A stretch of DNA of 64,000 bases from Camelus ferus (lineage: Eukaryota): contig NC_045696.1 of the NCBI RefSeq assembly GCF_009834535.1, positions 24,430,001 through 24,494,000 of the forward strand, read 5' to 3'. A program made the translations under genes and the position numbers. The notes beneath the pieces were generated by a model. That model was not told the DNA's origin, made no database searches, and saw only the letters and a list, made by a program, of their open reading frames with translations. Of this stretch, positions 50,272 to 64,000 are shown one piece after another. The number at the start of each line of letters is the position of its first letter. Positions within the stretch are counted from its first letter, which is position 1.

Positions 50272-50794
50272 TGCAGTAGACATTGTTGAAGTGTCAACCA
50301 TTTCCTCCTGGATCATCCTTTCATTTCCGTCGAAGGCAGCATACGATCCCTAATGATACCATGAGCATTTTGTCGCTGGGCTGCCCTTAGCTAATAACTG
50401 AGGAGCACAGGGGGAATAATTGGCCAGGGTAATTCTGAGTTTCTCAGGGGGCTAAATTGTAGTCATCCAGTGTGGCAACTGGTTTAACAATGCACCCCTT
50501 ATTGGTTGCCTTCTCTCCTCCACCTCTCCAACACCCCCCCCCACTTGTATGGGGCAAGTTATACCTGATGTTCCTCAAACATGCTCGATATCTGCCATAA
50601 CTGAGTTAAAACATTTTGTTTGTAGGTAATAGAAACTGATTTTACCTAAAGCGTCTAAATAAGAGGGATTTACCGGCGGGTTACTGGTTTTGACTCCCCA
50701 CATTGCCAGCAGAGGTACCTGGTAATCAAGCACAGCTACATTTGCCCATCATCCTTGCCTCAGGGTCTGCTTCTGGAGAGACCCTAATGGAAAC
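50272..50794 (+). mobile_element. LTR16-like ERVL LTR, interrupted at about 50550-50690
   Basis: tgcagtagacattgtt start; tttaacaatgcaccccttattggttgccttc; tccttgcctcagggtctgcttctggagagacc...aca end. Confidence 0.65.
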
Positions 50795-51809
50795 ATAGAC
50801 TTCTTAGGAAAGCTGTTAAATTCATTCTTTCATGGTAAAACAGTTACTAGAATTGCACCAGGGATAACTTGGGTGAAGAATCTGTGAGAATGTTCACTCC
50901 CTGGCAAGGAGGGTGTCTAATTTGTGTTTGTCTACTGAGTGTCTAGTATAGTGCATGTCACAGAGTAGGTAATCAAGAGACTTTGCTGAATGAATCACTG
51001 TGGTCTCCACAGCCTGGTTGCAGGGTCTGGTAACTCCAGGGATATGATGATCACAGCAGACTAGAACAGAACCATGCTGAGGGAGTAGGAGGCATTTGTT
51101 CAATAAGTGTTCAGCCAATAGGTACCTCACAGCCAGGACTAATGCTAAGGCAGCATGCACCCAGATGGCTGGATGGTTACCCATGTTGTCCATGGTTCTT
51201 GTCCACGGACAAGTTGTCTATGGCTCTTGTCCTTTCTAAAGCTTGTTTAATCTGTTCTGATTGGTATATGCCCATGTCCTCCTACGTGTTAAATATTTTT
51301 ATATTATCCCTGTTCACAACCATTTTTAACAACTACTTTATTTCAGATGTGCTTGAATCTTGCTCTCGAGACCTGCAGAAAATGCTCTAAAATGCCTGCA
51401 TGTTCCTTAATGTCTCTTCATTCCAGCTCTTTAGCATTTCAAACAAAGACAGTGCCTTGGCCAAAGTCATTGCTTATTTCTGAAGCATGTATACCTGATC
51501 ATGCGTCCATGCAAGTATTTGTTTTCCTCCTTCGGAATTATTTTTCTTATCATCACTGATTGCATTGGCCTAGGGCCAGTCTGCTCTGTGCCTGTTTGAC
51601 AGCATTAAATATTAGTTTTGGTTGATGCTGTAGAACATTACTTATGATAACCTGGGCAGTTTTAAGACAGTGTTTAAAACCAATCAATCAGAAAATAATG
51701 TTTTAGTATCTAATATAGATAAAGCACTGTAAAAATGGCCAAGGGAATATCCAAGAATTTCAGCAAAGATCTCTGCCTTCTAAATATATAAGATTCCAAT
51801 CCAAGTCTG

Positions 51810-51975
51810 ATGCACAGTATTTCCATAGTCCCATGAAAGTGATTTAACCCTTGTGCCCCATTTACTCATATGTAAGATGAGGATAATAACTACTATGAAG
51901 GTTTGAGGTAAAACTTTAAAAACATAAATGCTCCTTCACATATCATAGGCACTCAAAAATGGTGACTGTGATAAT
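51810..51975 (+). mobile_element. MIR remnant
   Basis: aagtgatttaacccttgtgccccatttactcatatgtaagatgaggataataac...taggcactcaaaaatggt. Confidence 0.65.
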
Positions 51976-54900
51976 TATCTGTCTAATTGCAAAGTTGAGA
52001 TGTAAAACATGTAACACTGTGAAATATCGCCTGATAGGTATCAAAAGGTATCAAAAGGCGTAATTTTTCTCAGACACAGAATCTACAGTACTGTGAATTC
52101 AGGGGAGGCAGCTGCTCTGGACTGGAGAAACCCAGGGAAGCTTTTTGGAGTAAGTGAAATTAGAATTGAGTCTTGGAGAAGGGGTAGACGTTGAATAAAC
52201 CTGCTCACTGTCTTAAGAAGAGACAGTGCCAGGTGCGTTGAGGTGCCTTGGGACACGTACCCTAACCACACTGTGTTAGGCTTCCAGGCTCAGGGGCTGG
52301 GTCAAGGACAAAAAGAGCCTCTGATTCCTGTCCTCAACCGTGAAGAGATCAGATTGAGGAGGTAGGTTAAAATTTGGTTGTAATCATAGTGTAATAAAGG
52401 TAAAAAATGGGACTGTACTGGGCCCAGTTTTGAGTGGAAACAGGCAGGGTGGGGGCAGAGGCTGGGAACTTTGCTGATGAAGCCACAGCTTATTCATAGA
52501 TGAGATGAGTACACTCACCATCTACTTTTTGAGAATCAACATTTTTCTCTCTGTACTCATTCTCCCTGGGATCAGCATATTTAGAGCGGTCAGAAAAGAA
52601 TGATAAAAATCAATTGCTTCCTTATTTTTAAGTTTATTTTAAAACAAGATATATCAGACCTACTATACAAATGAAGAATTATCTTCCAATTCTTGCCCAT
52701 TTCATGCTGGACTTTCATTTTTTCCTGTCTTGATTGTACTAAAGTCAGTAAAAAAGAAAAAAAAAGTATCATAAGTTATTGCTTCATGGACTAGAGAAAA
52801 TATGAAATATTTTCTATTTTGCTCTTATCTTAAAGTTGGCCATATTTTTAAGAAAAATACTCATAGAGTCTACTCCTTAAAAGAAAATTTTAGAAATAAA
52901 AGTAATGTAAAAAAGCAAATGTGTTCTGGAGTTATTCTTAAAATCATCATGTTCTATGTAGAGATGAAGGTGTTAACTTCGGTCCTCAGGTCCTTTTTTA
53001 CGTTACCAGGCAAAACCGATGCTTCCCCTGAATTATAGGTATGAGAGCCATTATCTCCCAGGAGCACCTTGAAAAAGAGATGTCTAATCTCAATAATGTG
53101 ACTTTCCGCATTAAATAAATCCCCCTGTTCAGTAGTTCTTCGTTCTTAAGAGAAAATGTCTTACCCGTCCCCACATTCATCTCTTCTAATTTTAAAAAAG
53201 AAAAGAATCTCAAGCAAACTTGAATTTTTACTAACCAGAATTGATCCTGATTTTGTTTCTACTTGGTTTTTCTCATCACATTGTGCGTGCACACACGCGT
53301 GTGTGCGTGCATGTTTGTGTATGTGTGCACAATGTAATGCGTGAATAGACTCAGGAGAAACGGTTTGTTTGCCAAAGGTTTATCATAAAATCTATCTTGC
53401 TTTATACTGACTTTGCTCTCCATTTCTTACACTAAATGTACACTTATAAAAAAGCAGTGAACCTACTAAGCCTCGTTTCATCAACACTCCTCTGAGGCAG
53501 TACTCGGACAATGCTTGGGAAAGTATTCAGCTGGGATTTTGAAAGGCTTGAGAGGTTTTTCCATTTCTGCATGTGAGCTAAAGTAGCATCCTGCAGAGGC
53601 TTTATTTTCTTAAAAAAAAAAAAAGAAATCTGCTCTACAGACTTCCAACTAGTTCTACACCAATAATGTGTAGTTTGGCATTTGCAGGCAAGTTTCTGGC
53701 CAAAACCTGTTCAATTTTGGTATCAATGCTGCATCTTCTCCCTTATAAGTGTATGAGATACAGTGAGTGGATTATACAGATTGATCATTTGAGCAACAGG
53801 AAAGTAAAAGGAGAATTCTTTTTTCTATAAGTTTGACTTCAGGTGACTTTCTCTCTCTTCACTCAGACCAGTGTGTCCACTCCTCCCTGCCCCCAAGCAC
53901 ACAAGCTCTTCAAAGAAGCAACACGTACTGATTAAAAATAAAAAGACAGAAAGGTAAAATTATATGTTCACATTACTGCCCCCAACCAATGTCTTACTGA
54001 GTGACAATTAGTTTTTATTTATTTTACCTATTTACATTTTTACTGTGGTGGAGAGGCACACAGTTCACCCATATATGCACACAGTAGTAATGTAAAAAGC
54101 TAAATATTACTAAATATCTAAAATTCAGTCTTTTTAAGACACAAATTCCATATAAATGGCTTGCTCCTTATTTCATATTTTCATTTAGATATACAGTTAT
54201 TTAGTTTGAGAAATCCTGAGACAATGTTCCCTAGCATCAGAATTTTAGAGCTAGAAGAGATCATTAATATCGGTTAACCTAACTTTGTATCAGAACAAAA
54301 GGCTACAGTGATAACCAGCACTTGGTTCTAATTAAGAGTAGAGACAAAACTAGAGTCCATATCTTCAGTAAAACATAAAGTGATCATTCTTTCTCTTTAA
54401 TCACTATCAAAATATCTTCTTATAATACTGTCTTTGCTTGTAAACACAGCATTACAAAGTCTTAAATATTTAGCACTGAAGGGCTTTGACCAACTGGCAT
54501 GATCACCCTTGGCTGTTGCCTCTCTGGTGCGTGCTAGCTGAATTTTTGCTCTGCTTGGTAACTATTAATGGAGATTTCTTCATGTTTCCTGACATGGCGT
54601 TCGTCTATTAATAAAGCTAAGAATTAAGCTTCTCTTAGTTACAGGGCCGCATTATGATGCCAGGTTTCAAGTGGGGTCAGCTCTGACCTCAAATGCCTTT
54701 CTGGCTTAGACAAGTCAGTCTAGCTCTCTCTGGATATTTTCTTTTTTCTTACCTAATTGACATGAGCTGCATCCTATTACTTCATCCTATTTAGACCCAC
54801 AGGCTATTTCAGCTTATAAAGGTCATGTCTTATTTTAGCTGGTTTCTGCTAATTCATAGCCATCAGAAAATGAATTACAGAGCAGATTCACCAAAGACCG

Positions 54901-57900
54901 TATCTCTACCGTGACCAACGTCAAGTTGATTCAGTCAAATAGGTGAAAAGTCAGTCCAGTCAGTTTTCTGGCTTTTTTGAATTAAGCAACGGATTCATTT
55001 ATTGTGTCACTTTTCAAAAATTGTGCTGGATGGTTAACAAAATATTTACTATTATATAAACGTCTAACATAGGTGGAAGGCTAGCAGAATTTTGACTGCT
55101 ACAATCAGAAATACCCACTAGTAAAAATCCTTGGGAATGACCCCTAGCACTCTTACAGCCCCTGCTGATAACTTGATTTAAATCACATTTCCTCAATCTG
55201 TTGGTGAGTACCATATGCTATTTAGGACAGGATGAAGAGATGGATTTTGATGAGACATATTGTGTCTATTTCCTCCTCCGGTCCAGCAAGTTTGTCAATG
55301 TAATAAAAAAAGAATATTTTTATGGCTTCTAAAACTTGATGTTTGAAAGCTTCTCTTAATTGAGTTTAATAATTTTAAACAGAAGCCACGTGGTCGGCAG
55401 AAAACTATAGTGACTACCTTGAGCATGATAGAAAGAAACGTTCTTTTAAATAATTAATAGCTACTAAAAGGTCCCATGCATTATAGAGGCGGGGGCAGGG
55501 AGAAGACCCGATTTAATCAGAGGATTCAGGAAGGAGGGTTGATGAGAGAAATTAATCAAACTAGAGCATGGTCATTTAAGGGACAGGATCAGATGATTCA
55601 CTCACAAAAAATGAGTAAGAGCGAAGGAGGCGCAGAGAGTGGGGGGAGGGCGAGACGGTGGAGAAAGTCACATATGCGGTGCAGTCGAATGTCAAACCTC
55701 ATTAAAGAAGTTGTCCAAAACATCTCTAATGAGCTGGAAACAATGTGCGCCTCACCTGGTTAGAGGCTTTTTTGCACAAATTCAAACTCAGGCCAGGCTG
55801 CTCAATGGGTCTTCGGAGAAATTACAAACACTGAAGTGAATCGCAGCCAAGGAGAGCTGTGTTAGCAGACTTTCCTCAACCACACAACTTTGGCGTCCGA
55901 GACAGAGATAGAGGCCTCACCTCTCTGAGGTGATGCTCAGTTGGCTTCACCTATGCGTTGCCCCTAATAATCCCCACAGAAGATAATCAGGATTCAATAA
56001 ATCAAAGTAAGAACAACAAACTATCCAACACAGCTTTTCTAAGGTATCAGGATGGAGCAAGGCTGGGGGCCAGATATCCGTGAGCAGGGGGAGGATTTGA
56101 TGGAAATCTGCGTTCCTCTGCCAAAAGAGTTAACTACACCGAGCAACCTAAGCCATCTGTATATGCAGAATGACCTTGGCAGAAGTGGAACACATTATTT
56201 TCTTCCACAGAAGAAGGGTGTGTGTTTTTTTCTTTTCAATCAGGTGACATGATCTGGTGCAAAGGTGTCCTCACTTTTCCTGCCAAGAACTCCTGGGCAT
56301 CTGATGAAATGTTGTGAAGTTCTTTCAAGTTTTTGATCTAGGTTTGTCCTCCCGGTAGGCTTTAAAATTAATGAATTAGAAGTCATCAGACCTCAATCAT
56401 TTTTTTTCTACTTTTCTTCCTCCAATTAGAAGTAGAAGGAATGATCTTCTGCAATCATCCTTTTGATTATGTCACACTCTTAAAATAACTTTAAAAGAAC
56501 TCCTAGTTTCATTTGCATCAAAATACAGTGTTCTGACTGTCTCCCTTTGTCCGTCCTGTACTTGACTGTTCTGATTTTGTTTTGCCTCCTGCCCTCGCCT
56601 CCCTTCTGCAGCCGGATATAAACTACTTGCCAACCTGCTTCCCTTGTTATTTCCCTCCTTGAAGACTTGCTGTTGTCCTCACTTAAAACATCACCTCATC
56701 CCTTTCCGTTAAATCAGGTCACTTATTTCTTTCCAAATTTGTTTAATTTTTTAAAACTTTATACTGTCTTCTGTTGTATGTATACCTACTTCTGATATTT
56801 TAAAAAATTCATATGCGTTTATGTTGTCTCTTCTTCACCAGTGGTTTAAAAGTTCCTTAAGGACAAGCACACTATACTCTCCTTTGTCGCTACCTTAGTA
56901 CAGGGCTTCTCAGTGTCAGTTAACTAATGTGGTCCTATTTACTTGCCATGGTAAGTAGCGTTGGCTGTCCCTCCAAACTTGGGCGGGCTGTACCACTTTG
57001 TTCTCAGATGGATCTTTTCCATTTTCTGTTTCTTCAGGTTTCTCTTTCAAGTCTTAACATGCTTCCCTTGGAATTACAGTAAGAGTGGTGTCTCTGAGCA
57101 CACTGTGGATGGATTCAAGTACCCGCTCATGCTTTGGAAAAACTAGAGAATGTAAGATAAGGAGCAAACTCACAATTCTCTCACCTTCCACCTACCCAGC
57201 AAATACCTGCCTCTGTGTTTAGTACAAAATGTTAGACTCTTACTTCTCCGCACGCTCATCCGTTGCAGGTGTGTCCGTTATTGTATTTACAGCATCAGCT
57301 TCCAGAAGCATCACTTTCCTGTTGCCTCATTTATATTGTCTAGTTCATAGTGTGGTACTGTCAGTCTCTCTTCATTACTTACTGATGATCATTCAACCAC
57401 CAAGCATATTTTCTTTAACAAGTATTTTCAAAGAGAAAAACCTTAAAACAAACAAAACCACATTGTAATTGATGGCATTGTCTACATAAGCCTCACTTAA
57501 TTCCCGTCGGGATCTTGTTACTTGCTGTGAGAGCCTGATCTACTGGCAAAAAAGCTCTGAGAATAGTAATCAAGACTACGTAGACCTTTCCATGTGAAGA
57601 ATTTAGGCCCAAACATGTATTTGTGTGTATGTGTAAAGCTTGCTTTTCAGAATGTCTCAAACTGACCCCAGACAACCTTTTTTGCAGACGTCTGCCCTCA
57701 AGGACTAGTATTAGTCATTTAATTGCTCTGCGATCACTCTATCTCTCAGGGTGTGAGCCTGACTCTGAGATCATTGTACTAATTTAAAATATTTGGAAAC
57801 CAGCAAAAAGGCAGACTTGAGGATATATTGACTGAGTTCCTCTTCCAGGAGGCCTCACATTTTCCATTGTGCTGAAAATGTCAAATTTTGCCCTTCGACC

Positions 57901-58189
57901 TTCCTTTAAGTGACTTTCTCCAATCAAGTCTCAATAGCAAAAAATAACCAATAATTGAGAGAGTTCGGGGGCATGATGAGAAGCATGCTCTCAAGTTTTA
58001 CTACAATTCTGGCTAGGAAAATAAAATTCTAGTGCTGATGAGACCTCTGTGGCATGTGAGCTCGTGCTTGCAAGAGAGCCTCGGGAAGTGTGCACGGGGG
58101 TGGAAAGTGTGGGTAAAATAATGAAGAAAGATGGCAAATTGACCAGGGCTATTATTTGTATTTTTAATTTGAACATTATGTAAGGCCAC

Positions 58190-58335
58190 CTCCCTCAGAT
58201 TCAGGAGGAGCTTGTTAAAAATGGCCCGGAGGCCGCCTGGGTCAGCCTTCTCTGGGGGCGGTGTTCAGGGAATCCACCTTCTTAACAAGCTCTCCTAAGT
58301 GATTCTCCTGTTCAGAAAAATTTGAAGGCCACTGT
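58190..58335. mobile_element. MER5-like MITE
   Basis: ggagcttgttaaaaat...cagggaatccaccttcttaacaagctctcctaagtgattct...tttgaaggccactg. Confidence 0.6.
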
Positions 58336-59077
58336 ATACACTAAAATGCTAAATACAAATATTCAGCTAGTGCCTTGTGCTGTGCTGGATGTTTGAAAAT
58401 AAACCAAACCCACTTTAAGAATTCCGAGAGGCAAATTATAACACCAAAGAAAGTGAATCCAGTTCTATACTCCTGTGGAGTTTATCCAAAAGTTGGGGAC
58501 TGAGTTTTTAAGTAGATTTCTCTCAGCTACTTTAAATGGAAATGAATTTTCTTATCAATTAAGTTCATCTAAATAATTTATTTAAAATGTCCTTAAAACT
58601 TTCTAGCTGTTACAGTCAGAAAGGTTTGAAAAGTTGTTTGCCGAAGCCAATCTAGGACATTCTGGAAGAACCAGGTGGCAGAGTTGTGTCTTTGGGACCC
58701 CAGCTTCTCCATCCATTGTCACTAGCATCTCCCTGATGTTTCTTCCAAGGGGCCCCTGACCTCATGGCCCTTCCTCTGCTCTCCTGTCATTATGGGTATA
58801 ATGTAGAGTGCTAAGCTGGTGATCAAGAGAAATGGGCTTGGACTGTGGCTTTGATACGAAATAAATTACACGGCTTTGAGCAAGTTTCTTGAACTCTCTT
58901 TGAGTTTCCTTATCTGAAAAGTAAGTGGGTTTTCGGATATTCTTTCCAGTCCTCTTTCCATGATTCATTGAGTTCTCTGTGTATTTGCCCTTCAAGATGG
59001 GAACTGAGGTCTTCCTTCATTTGGCTAGAGGAGAGGTTGCTTGAGGGGGAGAGTTGGATGAGATGCTCAGGAACGCT

Positions 59078-59110
59078 GGGGCAGGGGTTGGGGCAGGGGT
59101 CGGGGCAGGG
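59078..59110 (+). repeat. 12-bp G-rich tandem repeat (about 2.75 copies), potential G-quadruplex
   Basis: GGGGCAGGGGTT GGGGCAGGGGTC GGGGCAGGG. Confidence 0.8.
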
Positions 59111-59399
59111 CCTCGCAGGGCCAGCAAGGAGTTGCAGCACCACCAGTCTGCGTTAGCCCGGCTCTACCTCCGGCTTGGTGTGTCAGATCTGAACACAACC
59201 TCTGGCCTCTCTGTGGTTGATTTCCCTCATTTTGGGGGTGGAGCCAGGAATGGTAATTGTTCCCATAGAGTCATTATTACTGAGGGGGATGAGCAGACAT
59301 GTTTAAGGCACATGGGGGGCATCCCATCATATTTCTTTATTACTTATGAAGGTGTGGTTTGTTCAGTGCCTCACTTTACCTTCTCAAAGTTGGGCTATT

Positions 59400-59620
59400 T
59401 TATTTAACAAGCACTCTTAGGGCTTGTGATGATCCAGGAAATAATCTAAGAGTTTCACCTTAGTGGTAACTCTTTTAATCCTTACAACAAGCCTGCAAGG
59501 AACTATTGTGACCCCTAATATGCAGATAAGGAATCTAAGGCACATAACCTGCCCACTGTCAGCCAGAGAGCAAGCCAGGCAGACAGCCTGGGTCGGTAGT
59601 CTGTGCTCTCAATCCTTGAC
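59400..59620 (-). mobile_element. MIR remnant
   Basis: tttaatccttacaacaagcctgcaagg...tgcagataaggaatctaaggcaca. Confidence 0.65.
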
Positions 59621-60859
59621 CTCCTAGCCAACAGGGAGGCTCAGAGAACAAGAAAGGGAGTGGAATGTGGGCAAGGCAACTTTATTATTTGTCAAAGACA
59701 GCATAAATTTGGTGTAGCAAAAAGATATCATAGTAACTCAGAAAACATCTAAAATCATTAGTGTTAACCCACAAAAAGTCCACTGGGTGCTGCTTTTGAA
59801 GAGGCATTAGTCTGGCCTCTGGCATTATAAATCTTTATGACAATCCCTCACAGAAAAACCGAAGGGTGAGGACATTCTGAATCTTGAAATAGGAGCTGCA
59901 TCATTTCTTAAACATCCTCTTTCCTGCATGTCTTCCCATCACATGTCTCATAGGAATGGTAACTCACGACGAACATTTCCCCTGCTCTACTTAGAGCTCC
60001 GCAAACTCCTTCCCAGCTCAGCAGAAGCACATCCACCTGCAGCTCCAGGATGCTAGCCTCATCTTCTCTCTCTTTATTATTTAGATCATTATACATTGTG
60101 CATTGTCTTTTTTCCTTTTTCTTCTGATTTTTTAAATCCCTTTACATAGGCTCTTAGAGAGTACAAATTTAACATGTTGCGGGGATAAATCTTGTTACAG
60201 AGATGATCACTAAGGCTTGTTGTTTACCTGGTTTCCCTCATGCTGGTGCCTCAGATCCTAACTGTGATGATAGGTTTTCTTTAAACAGGAGATTTTATAA
60301 AACAACAAAATGATGAGTTAAGAATAACCATGGATCTGGCACTATGGTATGTGCAACTTAATAGATGATAAAATTCAGCATAATTTTTTTACAATAAACT
60401 GAATGATAGATACTACTAATATTAATTTCCAATCTGGCCTTGTGAGCAAATGATCACATGTACTCGTTCAGAACTAAGAAAAGAATTCTGCTCAGGCTTG
60501 GTTTCAGCTGTTAAATTTTTCTACTGCTCAAGTCCTGCCAGACTTCTTGGTAACATGAGACTCTGCCCTGGGATGTTCCTTCCTTGTTTCAAGTTCCTTT
60601 TGCTACAAGCAGACAACTCTCAGTCCCTGCTTACATAATTGCTCAGAATGTACTTTAAGTAAAAACTTTCTATCCTTCCTGTTTCTAAGGGGTTCACTCC
60701 CAGCGACATCCTCTGCCAAATGCCTGCTGCTAATTACTTATCGCCTGAGGGACCATTTCCTTTCATTGAAACATGGCCCTGAAGCTTTCTGTCTCTGTCT
60801 GAGCTCTCTGTCTTCTTGCTTAGCCGACTTTACTCATCACACTTTGAATCCAACTTTGA

Positions 60860-61365
60860 CTGAACACCTACTCGTGCTAGACACTCCTGGGCATTAAGAT
60901 TACCAACACAAATAAAAATACAACCTCTGTGTATTGGAAGCTCACCTTTGGTAGTGGGACAGCTGTATAAACAGACACCTACGATCTTACTTGGAAGTGC
61001 CTTGACAGAGATAGTCTAGGTATCACGGCAACCTAGAAAGATAGTAGACTATCGATTGTAGACTAACAAGGTTGGGGCAGAGAAGACATCACAGAAAAAG
61101 TGACATCTAAGTCAAGTTTTGAAAAGGAAGCTGAAATTAGGTAATGAATGATGTTGGAGAGGTCAGAGTATTCTAGAAGGACAAGCAGCACGTGCAATCG
61201 TGGGATAATTAGAAAGTCGGTGCATTCGAGAAACCCGAAGAAGTTTGGTATGACTGGGCACAAAGTGTGCAGGACAGCTGGTGACACTGGAATGACAGAG
61301 GCCATCAGGGCTGAGTCATGAAGTGTCTTCAACTCTATGCGAAGGTTTTTTGCTTTGTCCTGAAG
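60860..61365 (-). mobile_element. L2 remnant
   Basis: actgaacacctactcgtgctagacact..., gaagacatcacagaaaaagtgacatctaagtcaagttttgaa. Confidence 0.7.
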
Positions 61366-61372
61366 ATATTAA

Positions 61373-61475
61373 CCTGAGGAAGTGGGGCTGGAGTGGTAAT
61401 AACTCAGTGGTAGAGCACATGGTTAGCATGCACGAGGTCCTGGGTTCAATCCCCAGTACCTCCATTGAAAAAAAT
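61373..61475 (+). mobile_element. tRNA-derived SINE (camelid Vic-1-like)
   Basis: TAACTCAGTGGTAGAGCACATGGTTAGCATGCACGAGGTCCTGGGTTCAATCCCCAGTACCTCCA plus A tail; TSD agatattaa at 61364-61372 and 61476-61484. Confidence 0.92.
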
Positions 61476-63752
61476 AGATATTAATGTCAGTTGGAATCCA
61501 GGCCTGTTTAGCCAACTTCTCCCATGGAAAACATGAACATTTACACGGAAGAACACAATTCATATGGATTTCAGAAAGCTTTCAAGGCCCCAGATGAACA
61601 TTCAGGATTTTAGATGAAGAACCACAATTAGGCGGCCGGGTGGTAGGTTCGGGGAGCTCAACAAGGCTTTGCTGGTGCTGTGGACAGGGGCGTGGGCAGC
61701 GCAGCTGAGGCACAGACACTCGGCGAAGCGATGCTTGCAGGCGGTTGCACACAATTATGGAGGCGTACCCTGAGGCATGGTCACTGAAACTGAGGCACAA
61801 ATGCTGGAGGCCTCAGGCTTATCATGGATGTGATGTTGCTATAAAGCTTTAACTAATTGGCTACGTGGAGAGTGATGTGCCCCTGAAAAGAAGTGTGCAA
61901 TTAACTGACTTAAGCCTCCACATGAAGTCAGTTCAGTGTAGCCAGGCAGCAGCCTCAGGTGGTCAGAAGCCCAGTGTTCTGCTGGTCAGGGTTTTGCTCT
62001 TTTGTGTTTCTTTTAGATTTCTGCCCTTGCGGCATCTAAGGAATGGGTTCTTTCCTTCCTACCTTCCTTCCTTCCCTCCTTCCTGTTTTCTCTTTGCTTT
62101 ACAGAAAAGTAACCTACAGATTAGGTAAAAAAAACTTATCTCTGTCATTGCATAAAATAGTGGACGGACAATTTAATTGACTTAAAAAGTTTTAATAACT
62201 ACTTTACACCCAGTGTTACTAATTCTAAATATCCAGGCCCTCCAGTATTATATAGTTAATATATTATTTTCTTGCCATGTGTTTTTTCCTTCCCTACTTG
62301 ATCCATATTCCATAGGTTTCTACTTTTAAGGTAAAATCAAGGAACCAAAGATGTTTATGTTGGTTTTCCACACAAAATTGTTATAGAACTTTTATTCTGA
62401 ACTTCCCTTCTTAATTCTATGATGCGGGTACATCTTACACTTTTTAAAGTATCTGTTCAGTGTGACCATTGATTCAACAGTATCTGGATAATTGCTTTTA
62501 GGTACAGACACATTAGGTAACACTAAGTGATTGAGATTGTAGAACAAAATCCTTCTTTAGCTCTTTTGTTTATAATATGACTTTTTTTTTAATAGAAGAT
62601 ATTTGGCCTGGTTTTAAAGACTTGGTAAAAAGTAGACTTGGAGATACATGATCAGATTTTTGTCTAGCAATCTGTAATTTCCTGTGTCACCACACAGACT
62701 TCTGTCTTAGGGCTAGCACAGCTGTGAAAAAGATGTTAAAAATCATAGAACCCCACCTGTATCTATGACAAAATAATTAAAAGCATGCAAGTTTATAAAG
62801 GCTATCTCCTCCTATACACTCTGCAAAAAATAGAGCTTGCCATATGCCACAAAATAGGCACCTTACTTGCCTATACCAACGTGGAGAGTTTTCAGAAAGG
62901 ATGGATGAAGAATTGCTCCTGTGAAAATATGAGCAGAGAATCACAACTCGTCAAACTCAAGCCAGATAACATTACACAAGAGTGTTCTTTGCGGGAGAAT
63001 CAGCCAGACTTATCATCTGAATAAGGGTTCAATGATTACCCCAACCATCTCACATTCTTAGACCATTCCCTAGTTTACTACTGAATAAGAAATTATTTTA
63101 ATAAGAAACCTTTTCTAAAAATGTATTAAATTATCTTTATTTTCCCTTGATTTAAAAAGTAGCATATCCTGGTTCATTAAAAAATTGGAAAATACAGCAA
63201 TTACAAAGCAGAAAATTTTCTCCCACCATTCAGAGGGAGAAAAAGGTAAATGTGTATATCTTCAAATTCATACACACATATAGACAAGCAATAATATACT
63301 CAGAGCTGTACATACTGTTCATAAAACAATAATGGATATTTTTAAGGAAGAAGCATAAAAAGACCGATTTGTTGGTACATCTTGCTCATCACTGTTAAAT
63401 TTAAGGGTTGGTAGAAACATTTTTTTAAACGCAGGATTTGGTACTATTCCTCACGCAGAGATACCATTGAAAGATAGTTTTCCAGAAACAAAATTTCTCC
63501 CAAAAGGAATAAAAATAGAAGCATACAATGTGCATTTTAATACATTTTACCAGGATGCCCCTAATGTATCTTTCATGTGACAAATATGAATGCTGCCACC
63601 ATCTAACTAAACATTGCCAGCCCCTGACAGGTGAGGCTGCCGCAGGGGCGAGTCCCTGATGGGCGGCGCTACCATTTTGGTCTCTGTGTGTGGGTATGTG
63701 GGGGTGGGGGTGGCGACTGGACGGGTATTTCAACTATTTCTGTTGTTCCAGT

Positions 63753-63820
63753 TTATTATTATTATTATTACTGTTACTGTTATTGTTGTTGTTGTTATTA
63801 TTATTATTATTATTATTATT
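63753..63820. repeat. Compound (TTA)n/(TTG)n microsatellite
   Basis: Direct reading; explains the poly-Leu ORF 63690-63995. Confidence 0.95.
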
Positions 63821-64000
63821 TCCTAAAAATGAGAGCTTCCAAAAGGCAAGGGAGAGTGAAAACTTTTATAAAATTTTTAAATTCTTGGAATGGAAGTCTT
63901 CTCATTATGTCCAAGACAATTGCTTTGAACATACCTTTGTTTTGGACATACAGTTGCTTCTCATTATGTCCACTACTTTGCTTTCATACCTTTGAATTTT

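Noticed and set aside
52036..52058. 10-bp tandem duplication aggtatcaaa
   Set aside because: Ordinary slippage duplication.
61395..61463. tRNA gene
   Set aside because: tRNA-like A/B boxes, but the A tail, TSD and a second diverged copy at 631-754 show it is a SINE.
1..64000. CRISPR array, operon, intact provirus or other novel multi-gene system
   Set aside because: No regularly spaced repeats, no long ORFs and no gag/pol/env remnants; content is typical mammalian non-coding DNA.

Overview
Mammalian, AT-rich, CpG-poor genomic DNA, most likely from a camelid. The assignment rests on two tRNA-derived SINEs that resemble the camelid Vic-1 family and a camelid-type L1 3' end. I recognise no cellular protein-coding exon, RNA gene or prokaryotic system, so the window reads as intergenic or deep-intronic. 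A large part is fossil transposable elements (L1, L2, CR1/L3, MIR, ERV/MaLR solo LTRs, hAT MITEs), separated by repeat-poor unique stretches that may be regulatory. The only ORFs with recognisable homology are broken L1 ORF1/ORF2 pieces. The best-supported unusual structures are (1) a 1.9-kb L1 with both termini and a 12-bp TSD but two internal deletions that remove all of ORF2 (42493-44381), and (2) a 5'-inverted (twin-primed) L1 with an 11-bp TSD and a MIR-like 3' extension (33175-34352). I found no evidence of a new biological system. Repeat subfamily names come from remembered consensus motifs, not from a database search, and boundaries of old elements are approximate.
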